Shown one piece after another: positions 1 through 11,829 of a stretch of 64,000 nucleotides of DNA. The position numbers and the translations under genes were made by a program. Under the pieces are notes generated by a model. The model was not told the origin of the DNA, searched no databases, and saw only the letters and a program-made list of their open reading frames with translations. The first letter of the stretch is position 1, and every line of letters begins with the position of its first letter. This DNA comes from Mytilus edulis. Lineage: Eukaryota. The stretch lies in contig NC_092355.1 in the NCBI RefSeq assembly GCF_963676685.1, positions 10,912,001 through 10,976,000 on the forward strand, read 5' to 3'.

Positions 1-3000
1 ATTTAACATTCTTAGACTTACTGTTATGCCAATTGTCCGCGACACAACCATTTATATCGGGGTCGCTATTTTATTTTACAACCGCGCTGTAAACACGAGG
101 AGTTAATGTATTGTGTTCTGCCTATTTTAAGTATTTCAAGGTAAAATGATTACATTCTATATATCCATGTGTTTGAACTATTGTTTTTTGCATTTAGTTA
201 CAATTAATTTCTGTCCATCAACTTCTTTTCAAATAGATATACGAAAATTATATTAAAACGTGACTTGGAATATGTGTTTTCTTTCAATCGACATGTATGT
301 TTACTTACTTTTCGTTAATTGATTCTATTGCTAATAGTTCTAATGCATTGTTGTTCTTAACGCATCGTCATTAAAACAATTAAACAGTTTTGTAGGTTAC
401 TAACAGTATTGTTAATAGACTTTACAACAATAGTCTACATAAAAGACACAATGCATTGACTTTGGTTTGTAAAAAGCACTTTTCGGTATCCGTCCTGTGA
501 TTTCTTCTGCAGGAATTAAGGCTTGGAATTTTTTGAATTTTTTTTATATAGTTCAGTGACAGAACATACAAAGCTTGTGTATTATAACATTTTTGTACAT
601 ATATACGTGTTTGTAGTTGAAGATCGTAAAATACAAAATATATTAACTATTTATACATAAATGATTGGGTTTTATTGGTTTAATTGTATTAGGCGTCAGT
701 ATGCTGGTATGTTGCAATATATATACATGTAGATATATAAGTATATCATCTCATAATTTTTGACTCCAATAATGTAATAAACAAAAACAGAGTTGAACTC
801 TAGTACTAATAGTATCTATATATATCTATTAAAGTAGCACAGTATGACTAATCAATTGCTGTCTAATTTAACAGCAAATAATTACTTTTGTAATGGAAAG
901 TCTGAACCCTATCACCGATGTTTTATCTAACTGATACATATTTAAATGATAATAAAAAGCAGTGACAGCGTTCTCCAATATAACATCACAGTAGGATCAA
1001 ATGTCATTGAGTAGAAACGATGTAAAACAAAACATTTGCACGTTTTGTATGAATTAGACTAATAAGGTGAATTTAAATCGATACACCTGGAACGTATACA
1101 TATATATGAGTCTTAAGAGCAATGATAGATGAAATACAACTTTAATTTCTAGCGTATATGTTTTAGTTTTAAACATTTGGGTGATCATGATAACTAATGA
1201 CATTTGGTATCCTTATGGAAATAGTTCTATGGACAAGAACAAACATGACTTCAAAATATACTATACTTTTTGTGCTGACATGAACTATCATTGATATGGA
1301 ATATTACTGGTAACAACACTTTAAACGTTTAAAAAAAGATATCATATAGAACACAAACAATTACTTTTGAAATTGTGTATGCAATAAAATCTTCAGAAGG
1401 TCCCTAAATAATGGTATGATGTTTGCAAATAAGACAACTGACCACACTTTGTTGGCCAGTCACTTTCATTTTGCAAGTGCAACATGATGGTTGCAACATG
1501 GAACGCAGGACCGACGTCCGCTCATAAAGTAGCTCAGATTACAAACGTTTTGCGTGTAGTTCATATTGCTTCTTCTTTTTATGTTTTTTTGTTGTTGTTT
1601 TTAGTAGACTATTGTTTGTCTTTTGGTCTATTTTGTAGTTTGTTCCATTCCACTGAAAGCTTGTTTTGCAATTAGTGTTGACATTATTATTTCGTTTTTC
1701 CCCATTAATCATTAACACATAGGTATTATTTATTGGGGAGGGGGGGGGGGTGAAGACATTAAACTTCATAGTTATTCGGATTTCATGTATATGAAAGACT
1801 TTATTATGTTATTCATGCCATAAGTACAAAAAAAAGAATGCACAAATGATATAACGTTTTCCTTGATCCTACTCTTATAACGTCATATCATAAGAAAACC
1901 TTCAACTTGTATTACATCAAAATGGATTTTGCAATACTGTTTTTTTCTTTATTTAAAGACCGACTTCGTGTTTAATGTATACATTTGTTAATATCAGAAT
2001 CCTGCTTATCAATAGTAAACTAAATGTCGTAAAACCTTGATTGAGTAGCAGGCGGGCCTTAGCTTGTTGATCATTTTTGATAATATTTGACTGTTTAAAA
2101 CAATCGCAAATAGCATAACTGCATGAGTTCACAGTACTAATAAAAAAGGACGAATAATTTGGAATACTTATGGATAACTAATTGACCATTAAAAGCACAA
2201 TGTTCATTTTTATATAAAAAAGTATAGCTATACTGTCATCAGCGTGGTAATATAGATCTATATATTGCTTTCATCAATAATTAGATTTAAAATGGAATAT
2301 TTTAGACATTTCCTTTTATGTGTTTATCAACCTAAAAAGATCGTGATTCATTTCCCAGTAATTGTAAAAACAAGTTTTTGTATCTGATATTGTATTTTAA
2401 ACTAAATATCCGTAGTATAACATAATATGCACGTTCATATTGATATCAAAGAGACATACATGTTCGTGTTCAATGATATTAACATAATCAAAAGCTCGAA
2501 TGACTTGTAGTTTAACTCCGTTTATTTTCTTTTTTTCCTTTTGTTGAAATTGTGTTGTAATCCTTTGAAATGTTAATTTAGTAATGTTGTTATGTACTTA
2601 ACTGCATTTTATTCTTATTATTTGTATTGATTTTAGTGTGTAGAAATGTTTATACACGACTCAACTTATAGGTAAAATGTTAAGTTGCAAGACAACAATT
2701 ATATCCCATATTTAAATCGCCTTGTACTTATCTTTTATTAACATTAAAGTATTGGTAGAAAGTAATAAGAACATGGATTGACCTATAGCACATTGTAGCA
2801 ATGGCAATGTTATATATTAGTATATCTAACAGACACTCTTTCTATTAATGTTAGAGATTAGTAGTATGAGTTAGGCCACGCATTACATGACGAGATAAAA
2901 AGATTCTTTTCAAAGTTTTACGATATGTTTTAAGTTATTCTCTTACCATAAAACACGACCTGTGAGAACACACGTTGACAGTGATACAATATACTCTGAC

Positions 3001-3300
3001 CTTTATTGTGAGGCAACCCAACGTCATTAACAACAAATATAGTTGTCTATATACAGTACAGAATACGCTCGATAATGATAATATAACATTTAGAGAGCGA
3101 ACATTGTTTCTATATGAACAAAAATCAAATCATGACTGTTTATAATATGGGAAAGAAAGACACTGTTTAGTACCCGGCATTCTGATTTCTTCTAAAAGAT
3201 GTAATGCTTATTATTTGTATCTCAATTACAGTTCGTGTTGCTTAATCTTTAGTTTTCTATGTTGTCTCATGTACTTTGATTTGTCTGTTTGTCTTTTTAT

Positions 3301-3641
3301 TAAATAACTGTTACAACTTTCAAATGGTTGCATTAGTCTTATTACGACTGTTACAACCCTTTATGCGTTTAGTCAGTTTATGTATGACTGTTTTCGAGTT
3401 GGGATAGTTGTAAATCAACTGTTACAGATTTGAAATAGTTGTATCAGTCCTTTAATGCCTGCGACAGTTATTTCTTGCGTTGTTGCAGTCGATTTATGTT
3501 ATAGAGAAACACTTTTAAAGTTGGGACAGTTACAAAATAACTGCAGAAGTGAAATTTAACAACTGTTACAACTTTAACAAACATCATCAGTCTTAGAACG
3601 ACTGTTACTGGTATGGACAGTTGTTTTTTCGTCCAGTAGTG
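3301..3641. mobile_element. One end of a CACTA/EnSpm element (other end deleted)
   Basis: Absent from the paralog at ~29190. Ends in GTCCAGTAGTG (reverse complement CACTACTGGAC) and has repeated subterminal ACTGTTAC motifs at ~3307, 3347, 3418, 3562 and 3601. Confidence 0.7.
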
Positions 3642-4644
3642 ATCTTTCGCCCGTCCCTCTTTCTTGTAATTAACGGTCAGTGATATTACTTACAATGTTC
3701 ATTAAATTAGTATACTGATATCAATATGTTGTTAAAGATCGTATAGTACAACTTCCATATATATGGGTGAAGGGGTTATTGTTTGTTTTTCGTTCATTTT
3801 GTAAATAAATTAGGCCGTTAGTTTTCCCGTTTGAATTGTTTTACATTGTCATAATATAAGACCATTGACACAACTAACAATGCTCACATACTTATTATAT
3901 AGATACTAGTCTTGTTAGACATAATATAATATAACTTCATATAGAGATGGGGATTACTTTGTTCTTTGTTTGGCGTCGATGTGCTGTCACATTGCAGTAT
4001 ATTTATAGCATTTCTTATATTTCATCTTCAATAATTGAATCATAAAACACTTACTTTAACTGATGGTAATATCTACCTATTTCTATATAAGTGGCACAGT
4101 ATGAATAATCTATTGGTTTCTAATTTAACAGCAAATGATAACTTTGTAATGGAACGTTTGAACCCTATCAATAATTGTTTATCTTGTTCGTACATAGTTA
4201 ATTAATAATAAAAGGCAGTGACTTCGTTCTCTTATATAACAGCACAGTAGGATGAGATGTCATTGAGGACAAACGATGTAAAAATAAAACAACATAAATG
4301 AAGACGTTTCATTCCAAATGGATATCCTACGTCACATTCAAACTCATAAAAATACCAGGGTTATAATATGTTCTGACCGATACAGGTTTCATATAGATTA
4401 GAATCATAAGGAGAATTTAAATCAATACACATGGAACGTCTAATTATTATACGAATTTAAAAGCAAGGAGAACCTTCAATTTCAAGTTGCTACGGTTTGT
4501 AATGATTTGATTATTATTCGTATTACAATTCCAGTATTTAGCTTACTTTCCAATCCATGAATATTTTCTAATGAAAGTGAACTATTTTAAAATTCAAACT
4601 TGAATTTTATCATGTGTAGTATGGTTAAACCGAATAACCTATTC

Positions 4645-7250
4645 GTTTACAGAATCGTATAAACTTTGAAAATCAAAATTCTTTTGATAAATCGTTGAGC
4701 AATTTTACATGTATGATAGAGGACATTATGTCGCCTTTCTTTAAAACGATGCCTTATGTAAACAACAAGCCGTATAAACCAGTTAATTATTTTGATAAAC
4801 CTTGGTTCAACACACGATGCAAGGAACTTTATCGATGTTATATAGATTATCTACATGTTTTCAATCGTTCAAAATCAATTGTAAACCATACAAACTTAAC
4901 TTGTGCAAAGAGGGAATATAAAGTTATGGAACGTCGTCTTAAGCGAGAATACCAACGTATAGAGGGTAATGCAATGGACTTTTTGAAATATAGTAACCCA
5001 AAACTGTTTTATTCGAAATTTAGGAAAAGGACCGAAAAGAAAAATAATGTACCGTTACAATCTTTCTATGAACACTTTAAAAAATTGTCTTCTGTGAATA
5101 TAGACAATACATGTGACGAAGATTTATTTAATAACACTGATGGCGATTGTGTATATCCTGAACTTGATGAAGTGATTACAGAGGAGGAGATTTTAAAAGC
5201 CATCCGCAATTTAAAGCGCAATAAAAGTCATGGAGTAGACGGTATTTTGAATGAATATTTTATAGAGTATAAAGATGTTTTTATGCCAATATTAGTCAAG
5301 GTTTTCAATGGTATTTTACAATCCGGTATATTCCCTACTAGCTGGGCCATTGCTATACTTGTGCCTATTTTCAAGAAAGGAAACGAAGACGATCCAAATA
5401 ACTATAGAGGTATAAGTCTTGTAAGTAATTTCGCAAAATTATTTACTTCCGTATTAAATCAACGTTTGATGGACTGGTCTGATTCTTTTGATGTCATTAC
5501 TGACGCCCAGTTCGGCTTTCGCCCCGGTTTTGGAACTGTAGATGCAATTTTTGCCCTAATTTCGGTAATTTTTAAGTCCCTATCAGCAAACAAACGTCTT
5601 TATTGTTGTTTTGTTGATTACACAAAAGCATTCGATACTGTTCAAAGGCTAATGCTATGGTATAAATTATCAAAAATTGGTATTCAAGGTAAACTTTTAA
5701 CTGTTATTAAATCTATGTATACTAATGTGTCTACTTGTGTATGTGTTGATGGTTTTAATTCTGAATACTTTTCCAATGAATTGGGCTTGATGCAGGGAGA
5801 GGTGTTATCTCCCATACTTTTTTCATTATATGTTAACGATTGTGAAATGGCTTTCATTAATAGTAATGCCATACCATATGAGATGAAAGAATTGAATTTA
5901 TTTTTACTTATGTATGCTGATGATATGGTTATTTTCTCAGAATCTGTTTTGGGGTTACAAAATATGCTTGATACATTATATGAGTATACATCAAAATGGT
6001 CATTGAGTGTTAATATTGATAAAACTAAAATTGTTGTATTTAGGAAAGGTGGAAGAGTTCATGTTGATGAGAAATGGTATTATGATAATAAGGAAATTGA
6101 AGTTGTTGATAATTTTACTTACCTTGGTGTACTTTTAAATTTTAATGGCAAATATAATATGTTACAACAGAAATTGTCAGAACAAGGTAGAAAAGCAATG
6201 TTTGCTTTAAGAAGAAATGTGAAAAGTATGTGTTTAAACTATGTCACTTTGTTATCACTGTTTGATACTTATATAAATTCTTTATTGAGTTATGCAAGCG
6301 AAATATGGGGTGCACATAAAGCCCCGGCAATAGAGAGAGTCCACATGAACTATTGTAAAAATATACTTGGTGTTAAGTTGTCTACTAACAATGTTATGAT
6401 ATATCAAGAACTAGGTAGATTGCCTCTTATTTTCGCAAGAAAATGTAAGATTTTCAAATATTGGTTTAAATTGCTAAATACTTCAAACTGTATATTGAAA
6501 AATTGTTATAACTACTTGTATTGTGAATTAGAGAGATGTCCAAATAATAAGTGTAACTGGTTGTATTTTATAAAGAACGAACTTTTTCTTATTGGTTTAG
6601 GTGATGTATGGTATAGCCAAAACCTTATTTGTGACTTGCCTGATGTATATTTTGCTGTCATAAAGCAACGTTTATACGATTGTCTAAAACAAGAACTTGA
6701 TGCTCAGTTACATATGTCTCCAAAATGTTCTAATTATAAATATATGTTAGATAATTTTTGTCTGCAATTTTATTTATGCAAACCAATTCCAAATGTTTAC
6801 AAAAAATGTATAACAAAAATAAGATTAAGTAGCCACAACTTAGCTATAGAAAATGGAAGATTTTATGGTATAACAAGAAATAATAGAATATGTACTTTTT
6901 GTATAAATGATATAGAGGATGAGTTTCATTTCATCCTCAAATGTCCACGTTTTCAAGGTTTTAGAACAATTTATATTAAGCCATTTTATTGGAAAAAACC
7001 GTCGATGTACAAATTTATCAAACTGATGAGTACTAATAATGTAAAAGAATTGTGTAATTTAGGTAAATTTATTTTTAGATCTTTTAAGCTTAGATCCGAA
7101 ATGTTAAAAGAATGTTTGTTTATCATTACAGCACCTTCTGCTGTCACATAGTCTGTGTTTATGTATGTATTATATGTTTTATTGATGTTGATATAATTGT
7201 ATACCTATAGTTTATATAGACTTTGGTAATAAAGATATAAAGATATTTTT
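4645..7250 (+). mobile_element. 5'-truncated non-LTR retrotransposon (LINE; probably RTEX- or CR1/L2-group)
   Basis: Homology to the paralog stops at 4644 and resumes at 7269. The 3' end is AATAAA followed by the short repeat AAGATAT-AAAGATAT. Clade assignment is inference. Confidence 0.92.
4695..7151 (+). CDS. LINE ORF2 reverse transcriptase with C-terminal Cys/His finger; endonuclease domain missing (truncated)
   Basis: Motifs KPWF, NYRGISL, QFGFR, FVDYTKAFDTV, GLMQGEVLSP, YADD, YLG, HNLAIENGR and CxxC...EDEFHFILKC. The frame is open up to the 5' junction, so the TTG start is not a real start. Confidence 0.93.
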   Translation: MSNFTCMIEDIMSPFFKTMPYVNNKPYKPVNYFDKPWFNTRCKELYRCYIDYLHVFNRSKSIVNHTNLTCAKREYKVMERRLKREYQRIEGNAMDFLKYSNPKLFYSKFRKRTEKKNNVPLQSFYEHFKKLSSVNIDNTCDEDLFNNTDGDCVYPELDEVITEEEILKAIRNLKRNKSHGVDGILNEYFIEYKDVFMPILVKVFNGILQSGIFPTSWAIAILVPIFKKGNEDDPNNYRGISLVSNFAKLFTSVLNQRLMDWSDSFDVITDAQFGFRPGFGTVDAIFALISVIFKSLSANKRLYCCFVDYTKAFDTVQRLMLWYKLSKIGIQGKLLTVIKSMYTNVSTCVCVDGFNSEYFSNELGLMQGEVLSPILFSLYVNDCEMAFINSNAIPYEMKELNLFLLMYADDMVIFSESVLGLQNMLDTLYEYTSKWSLSVNIDKTKIVVFRKGGRVHVDEKWYYDNKEIEVVDNFTYLGVLLNFNGKYNMLQQKLSEQGRKAMFALRRNVKSMCLNYVTLLSLFDTYINSLLSYASEIWGAHKAPAIERVHMNYCKNILGVKLSTNNVMIYQELGRLPLIFARKCKIFKYWFKLLNTSNCILKNCYNYLYCELERCPNNKCNWLYFIKNELFLIGLGDVWYSQNLICDLPDVYFAVIKQRLYDCLKQELDAQLHMSPKCSNYKYMLDNFCLQFYLCKPIPNVYKKCITKIRLSSHNLAIENGRFYGITRNNRICTFCINDIEDEFHFILKCPRFQGFRTIYIKPFYWKKPSMYKFIKLMSTNNVKELCNLGKFIFRSFKLRSEMLKECLFIITAPSAVT

Positions 7251-7969
7251 TTGGAAGAACAATGGTCCGGATTTCGCAGTATGAGTATTTCTTTATATAT
7301 ATATATATACCAACTTCATGTTTATGGAAGGAATTTATATAGATCACAATTGTGCTCATCAATAGAAAATTTTATTTTCACAACTTTGATTGAACAAAAC
7401 AGTTTCGCTCCTTTTTGAAATCATTGCGATTCCAAACATGTGTGTTTATTTATTTAGTGTAATCCTTATTCGATATTTCAGATTAGAACATCGATAAACT
7501 ACACTTGTCTATGTAAGACATTCGTGTCCTTGTTACTTATCTAGAATTTAATTCCAGTCATATTTAATAATCCGTTCTTAAAATAGACACGATCGCTTCT
7601 TTGATGTCGTGTATCCCCGTCTCATTACATCATAATAAAGCCTTTACTGGATATAAAATCAAAATAAATTGAGCAATATCATTAGATCCATGCATCTCTT
7701 AAACTATTAATTTATCAAGATTAAAGATGTGAATATAGTAAAAAGAGATTTCAAAGTTGAACTAATCGTATTTGACATCAGAAATACGAATTTTTAAAAC
7801 ATACAATTTTTTTTTCATGAATTATGCATAATACAGCGATCCCAGAAATATAAAATTACTTCGTATTCATTGATCTATCTTGTAATGGAAAGAGTTCTCA
7901 ATGACAATCATACAACATTTTGTTAATATTTCTTCTTGATAAGACAAGAGAAAGATGCCGAAGTTGATT

Positions 7970-8001
7970 TATAAGAGACGTAAAGCGCCTTGTGGATCAC
8001 T
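7970..8001 (+). promoter_or_regulatory. Candidate core promoter paralog (TATAAGAG + TCACT)
   Basis: Homologous to 34483; TATA at 7970, Inr A at 7999; GTAAGA donor downstream at 8172. Confidence 0.4.
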
Positions 8002-10974
8002 GATCTGAGAAGTACATATGTTTTTACATTACTAGCTTTAATCAATTCAATTCATAGTCTTTTGATCCTTGTGTGGATTGTTTTTAATCAATAACAATAT
8101 TTTTCTCATGTTTTTTTCTCGTGTTATATTTGATAGAAGAAAAAAAAATGATTTACGACTTAACCTATGGTGTAAGATGGAAAGTTGCATAAAAACAAAT
8201 TTATCACATTTATTATTCGCCTTTTATTTATCCCTCGTTGACATATAGTGTAATTGTTGTAAGTTATGCGTAATATGGATTAACCTATAGCAATGACAAT
8301 GTTTTATATTAGTATATCTTGCAGACACTGTTTGTAATTACTGTTAGGGAATATAGCATCAACACGCATTAAATGACGCAATAAAAGATGTTTGTCAAAG
8401 ATTTACGTGTTTTTCTCAATTATTCTCTTACCATAAAACACGATCAGTGCTAATACTCGTGGACAGTGATACTATATACTCCTCACTTTATTGTAAGGCA
8501 ACGACATGTTATTGGAAAGGTTTTAAATACTGAGCACGCGGAAAACAAATTATTTTAAGAAATAATTTCTTGTTTTTTTTTTAGGATTTCAAAAACAGAC
8601 AAACACATTAAACAGAAAACCTCTTTTATCATGTGTTATTGTTACAATATTATCAAGCTGATTTTCAAAAATTTATCATTCACTTTGTCAAATTTAATAA
8701 ATTTAAGAGACTGTAGTCAAGTGATTTTTTTCGTTTATTCAAGTCAATCAATTCTTTTTGTAGTTGGTTTGTCATCAACGAGTATGTTCGTATTAACGTT
8801 TACAATTTGTCATTTCGATTATAAATAGTTACTTGACTACATATTTGTATTCATTCTAATAACGCATCTGTACCATTTCAAAAGATGACAAGATCTTGCG
8901 CATTATTAATCTTAATTGGAAATTATAACGAGTTTTAACATTGTGTTTCATAAAAAAAATAAAAAATAAAGAAGATTTGTCTCTTTTCTCGTTTATCAAA
9001 CAATATATTGCATGATACAACAATATGCAGTAGCAATTATTGTCATATCTCTGATGCATGTATCCGTCTATGCAATTCTAATCTAAATGATAATAATGGA
9101 TACCAATTCCCTGCTGATTATGATTAATCCCCTTTTGGTGACAGTTGAGCAGTTCTTTCTATTAACTTGTATTATCATGCGGAAAGATCATTCAGACCTT
9201 TACGATAACGGTTCATTTAAATTTGTTATGTTTTATATTCCGATCAAACACGGTAAATACAAATGTACTCAGTATTGATGAAATATGGAATAGGTTTACA
9301 TCCATTATCACTAGTAGCACGATTTCAGTCTGAAACGGTCATTTTGGTCTGATCACATCTTGATTGACTGGATTTACCGCTAGAAAAAATCGTCAAGATA
9401 TTTAAGATAGTTCAGTCGCCGTTCAGATCGATAGCCTCATCAGGTAAATCAGTTCGTTAAGGCGTGTCAAGACGGAAAAGACTGAATCGTCTAGCGGGTT
9501 GTTTAGACCCGTTAAGACCGTGTCAGACCAAAACAGACCATGGATACAAAAGAACGTTCAAAATTTTCAGACCCTGTTTTGATCCGTTCAGTATACCGGT
9601 TTGATACCACGAGTTGCGCCCCTTCTACTCGATAATGTATTTTAGATTAATACATGTATATATGTATTTTATTATTACAATTTGAAGTATATTCTGATTA
9701 ATTAAAAAAAAAAGATTAAATCTTGTGTTAATTCTTTATTTCTTTTCTTGTTTTGTTGAGGAACTAATAAATTATTCGTCTATATATATATATGTTGTTT
9801 AGTTTTTAATAAATGTTTATTTATATAAATATATATTGATAATTAAATGCAAGGACGTACGTTAATTGTATACACACCAGAATGTATGCCATAAATTTAA
9901 CCTTGAAATGTTGTGAACACCGGTAAAAATGTTTTTTGTATTTGAAGATTAGTAACGGAAAATCCTAAACGTAACCTAAAAAAGTTAAGGAGATGTGGTA
10001 TGATTGCCAATGAGACAATCCACAGAAATGCAGCGGAGGCAAATTAACACAGTCATGCATATTTTTGTTTTATGCATGACAGTTTCTTTAATTCGTTTTC
10101 TGTTGATATATGTCCTAGTTTACCGTTGAAGCTGTTGCTTTTTTGGTATGTTTATTTTTTTTTCGTGCGAGTTACTCTATTAAAGTTGGAAACAAATATT
10201 CTCGACATTCGGAAATTCGAAAAAAGACTTCCCGGATCCCGAAACCTGATCATATAATGCATTCAGTCTCTGTCGGGACGGTGTTAAAGTATCACCGTAT
10301 AAAAATTTTCCTTCAAACAATATATCCTTATAATATTTATTTTCTTATCCATATAATATGTATATAGTACTTTGTATATACTTTGTATATATATATATGG
10401 CGTTGATTTAAAATAAAATCTGTTTTAGTTAAAACGGTCGAGTGCAATGGCACGTGCTAGTAATCAACCGGGTCAACAGGTAACAAAATCAATGATCCAT
10501 AACGTAAGAAAGTACATGCCTATTATATTTTACAATTACTCTCATCATCATTCTTGATAAAAAGGTCTAAACTTTAATAAAGAATGAATGAACACGTATT
10601 AGTGATGTCTGACCTTCAGTTTTTAATATAAATTAATGCTTATGTTTTTTTTTATATTGAGCAAAGTAACGAATGTGAATCTATTATACGTTAAAGGTTC
10701 TTACAATATCATATATGTCTAAACACTATACCAAAAGACCATGCAAAATATTTGAGCGCCGCATGTAAAACCATTAAAAAAACATGTACTGTTAGGAAGT
10801 TTGTTTAGTACTCAAAAGAAACGTTTCGCTTCTCTACTTATATAGTTTAGAGAGTATTCCTTTAAATTGTGTCAGTTATATAAAGTAGAGTGTATTTGTA
10901 TTCTATTTATTCATCTAAATGTATCATTATAATATACATTTTGTATTTCACAACTATATATACTATAAGTTGTA

Positions 10975-11035
10975 GTGTGATTGATTGTTGTTTAAAGTCC
11001 AGTGGCAAATACTTCATGCATGTTCAGGACCAGCT
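10975..11035. repeat. Short recurrent SINE/LINE-tail-like motif GTCCAGTGGCAAATATTTCATGCAT
   Basis: Recurs at ~20017, 21620 and 25705. Confidence 0.6.
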
Positions 11036-11750
11036 GTAAGTTTATGACATGTATGGAACTCACCGGTGTAGTTTTCACGTGTTATAATAGATAAAAGAAT
11101 AATTATTTTTTAAGATATCGAAACATAAAGGAGGCAAGGCGCATGGATTACCCGCACTTATCAGTTCTTTTCTCTTTTTTGTCTTAAAAAAAAAAATCGA
11201 TTTTTTTTTTATATGTTTATATAATTTACGATAACTGTGGTGTATACGTGCTGTCAGACGAAAGATACATATGTGCCCTCTAAATATCTTTTTTTACTAT
11301 GGATTGTTTGCTTTCGTACTGACGTTTAACACACAACTTTAATTACTGACTGTGATGTATGTAGAAATTCAAACGTACTGGAGAATGAAGGATGCAAATC
11401 CAAGCTTTGAATTAAAATGGTCATTAAATTTGCCACACAAATAAAAGAACAAGTGTAAGTGTTGGAATGACATATACAATATATCAACATGTGCATTGTC
11501 GGAGAATTTAATTTTGATTTTACTTTGGTAACTGGACAAAATTGAAGAGAGGCAGCCCAATCTTTTCTCCTTTTTGTTACGAGTACAAATAGATTTTATT
11601 GGCTTTATAGACATCGAATAGAATTCAGGGCATAACATTACGAAATATGATCTTCAAAATATACAATTTAATACCAATAACGTAACAAATACATTGTTTT
11701 TTTAGCTCACCTGGCCCGAAGGGCCAAGTGAGCTTTTCTCATCACTTGGC

Positions 11751-11825
11751 GTCCGTCGTCCGTCGTCGTCTGTCGTCGTCCGTCGTCGTCCGTCGTCGTC
11801 CGTCGTCGTCGTCGTCCGTCGTCGT
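11751..11825 (+). repeat. (CGT)n/CCGTCGTCGT microsatellite
   Basis: Directly visible; part of the HINE 5' module. Confidence 0.95.
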
Positions 11826-11829
11826 TAAC

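Noticed and set aside
9087-9278. Repeated short ORFs containing EQFFLLTCIIMRKDH (also 32663, 33844) as a peptide gene family
   Set aside because: Starts and stops differ and indels between copies break the frame; the similarity comes from duplicated non-coding module E.
11480-11540. INMCIVGEFNFDF resembling the GDFN motif of a LINE endonuclease
   Set aside because: Single degenerate motif with stops nearby; too weak to call without a search.
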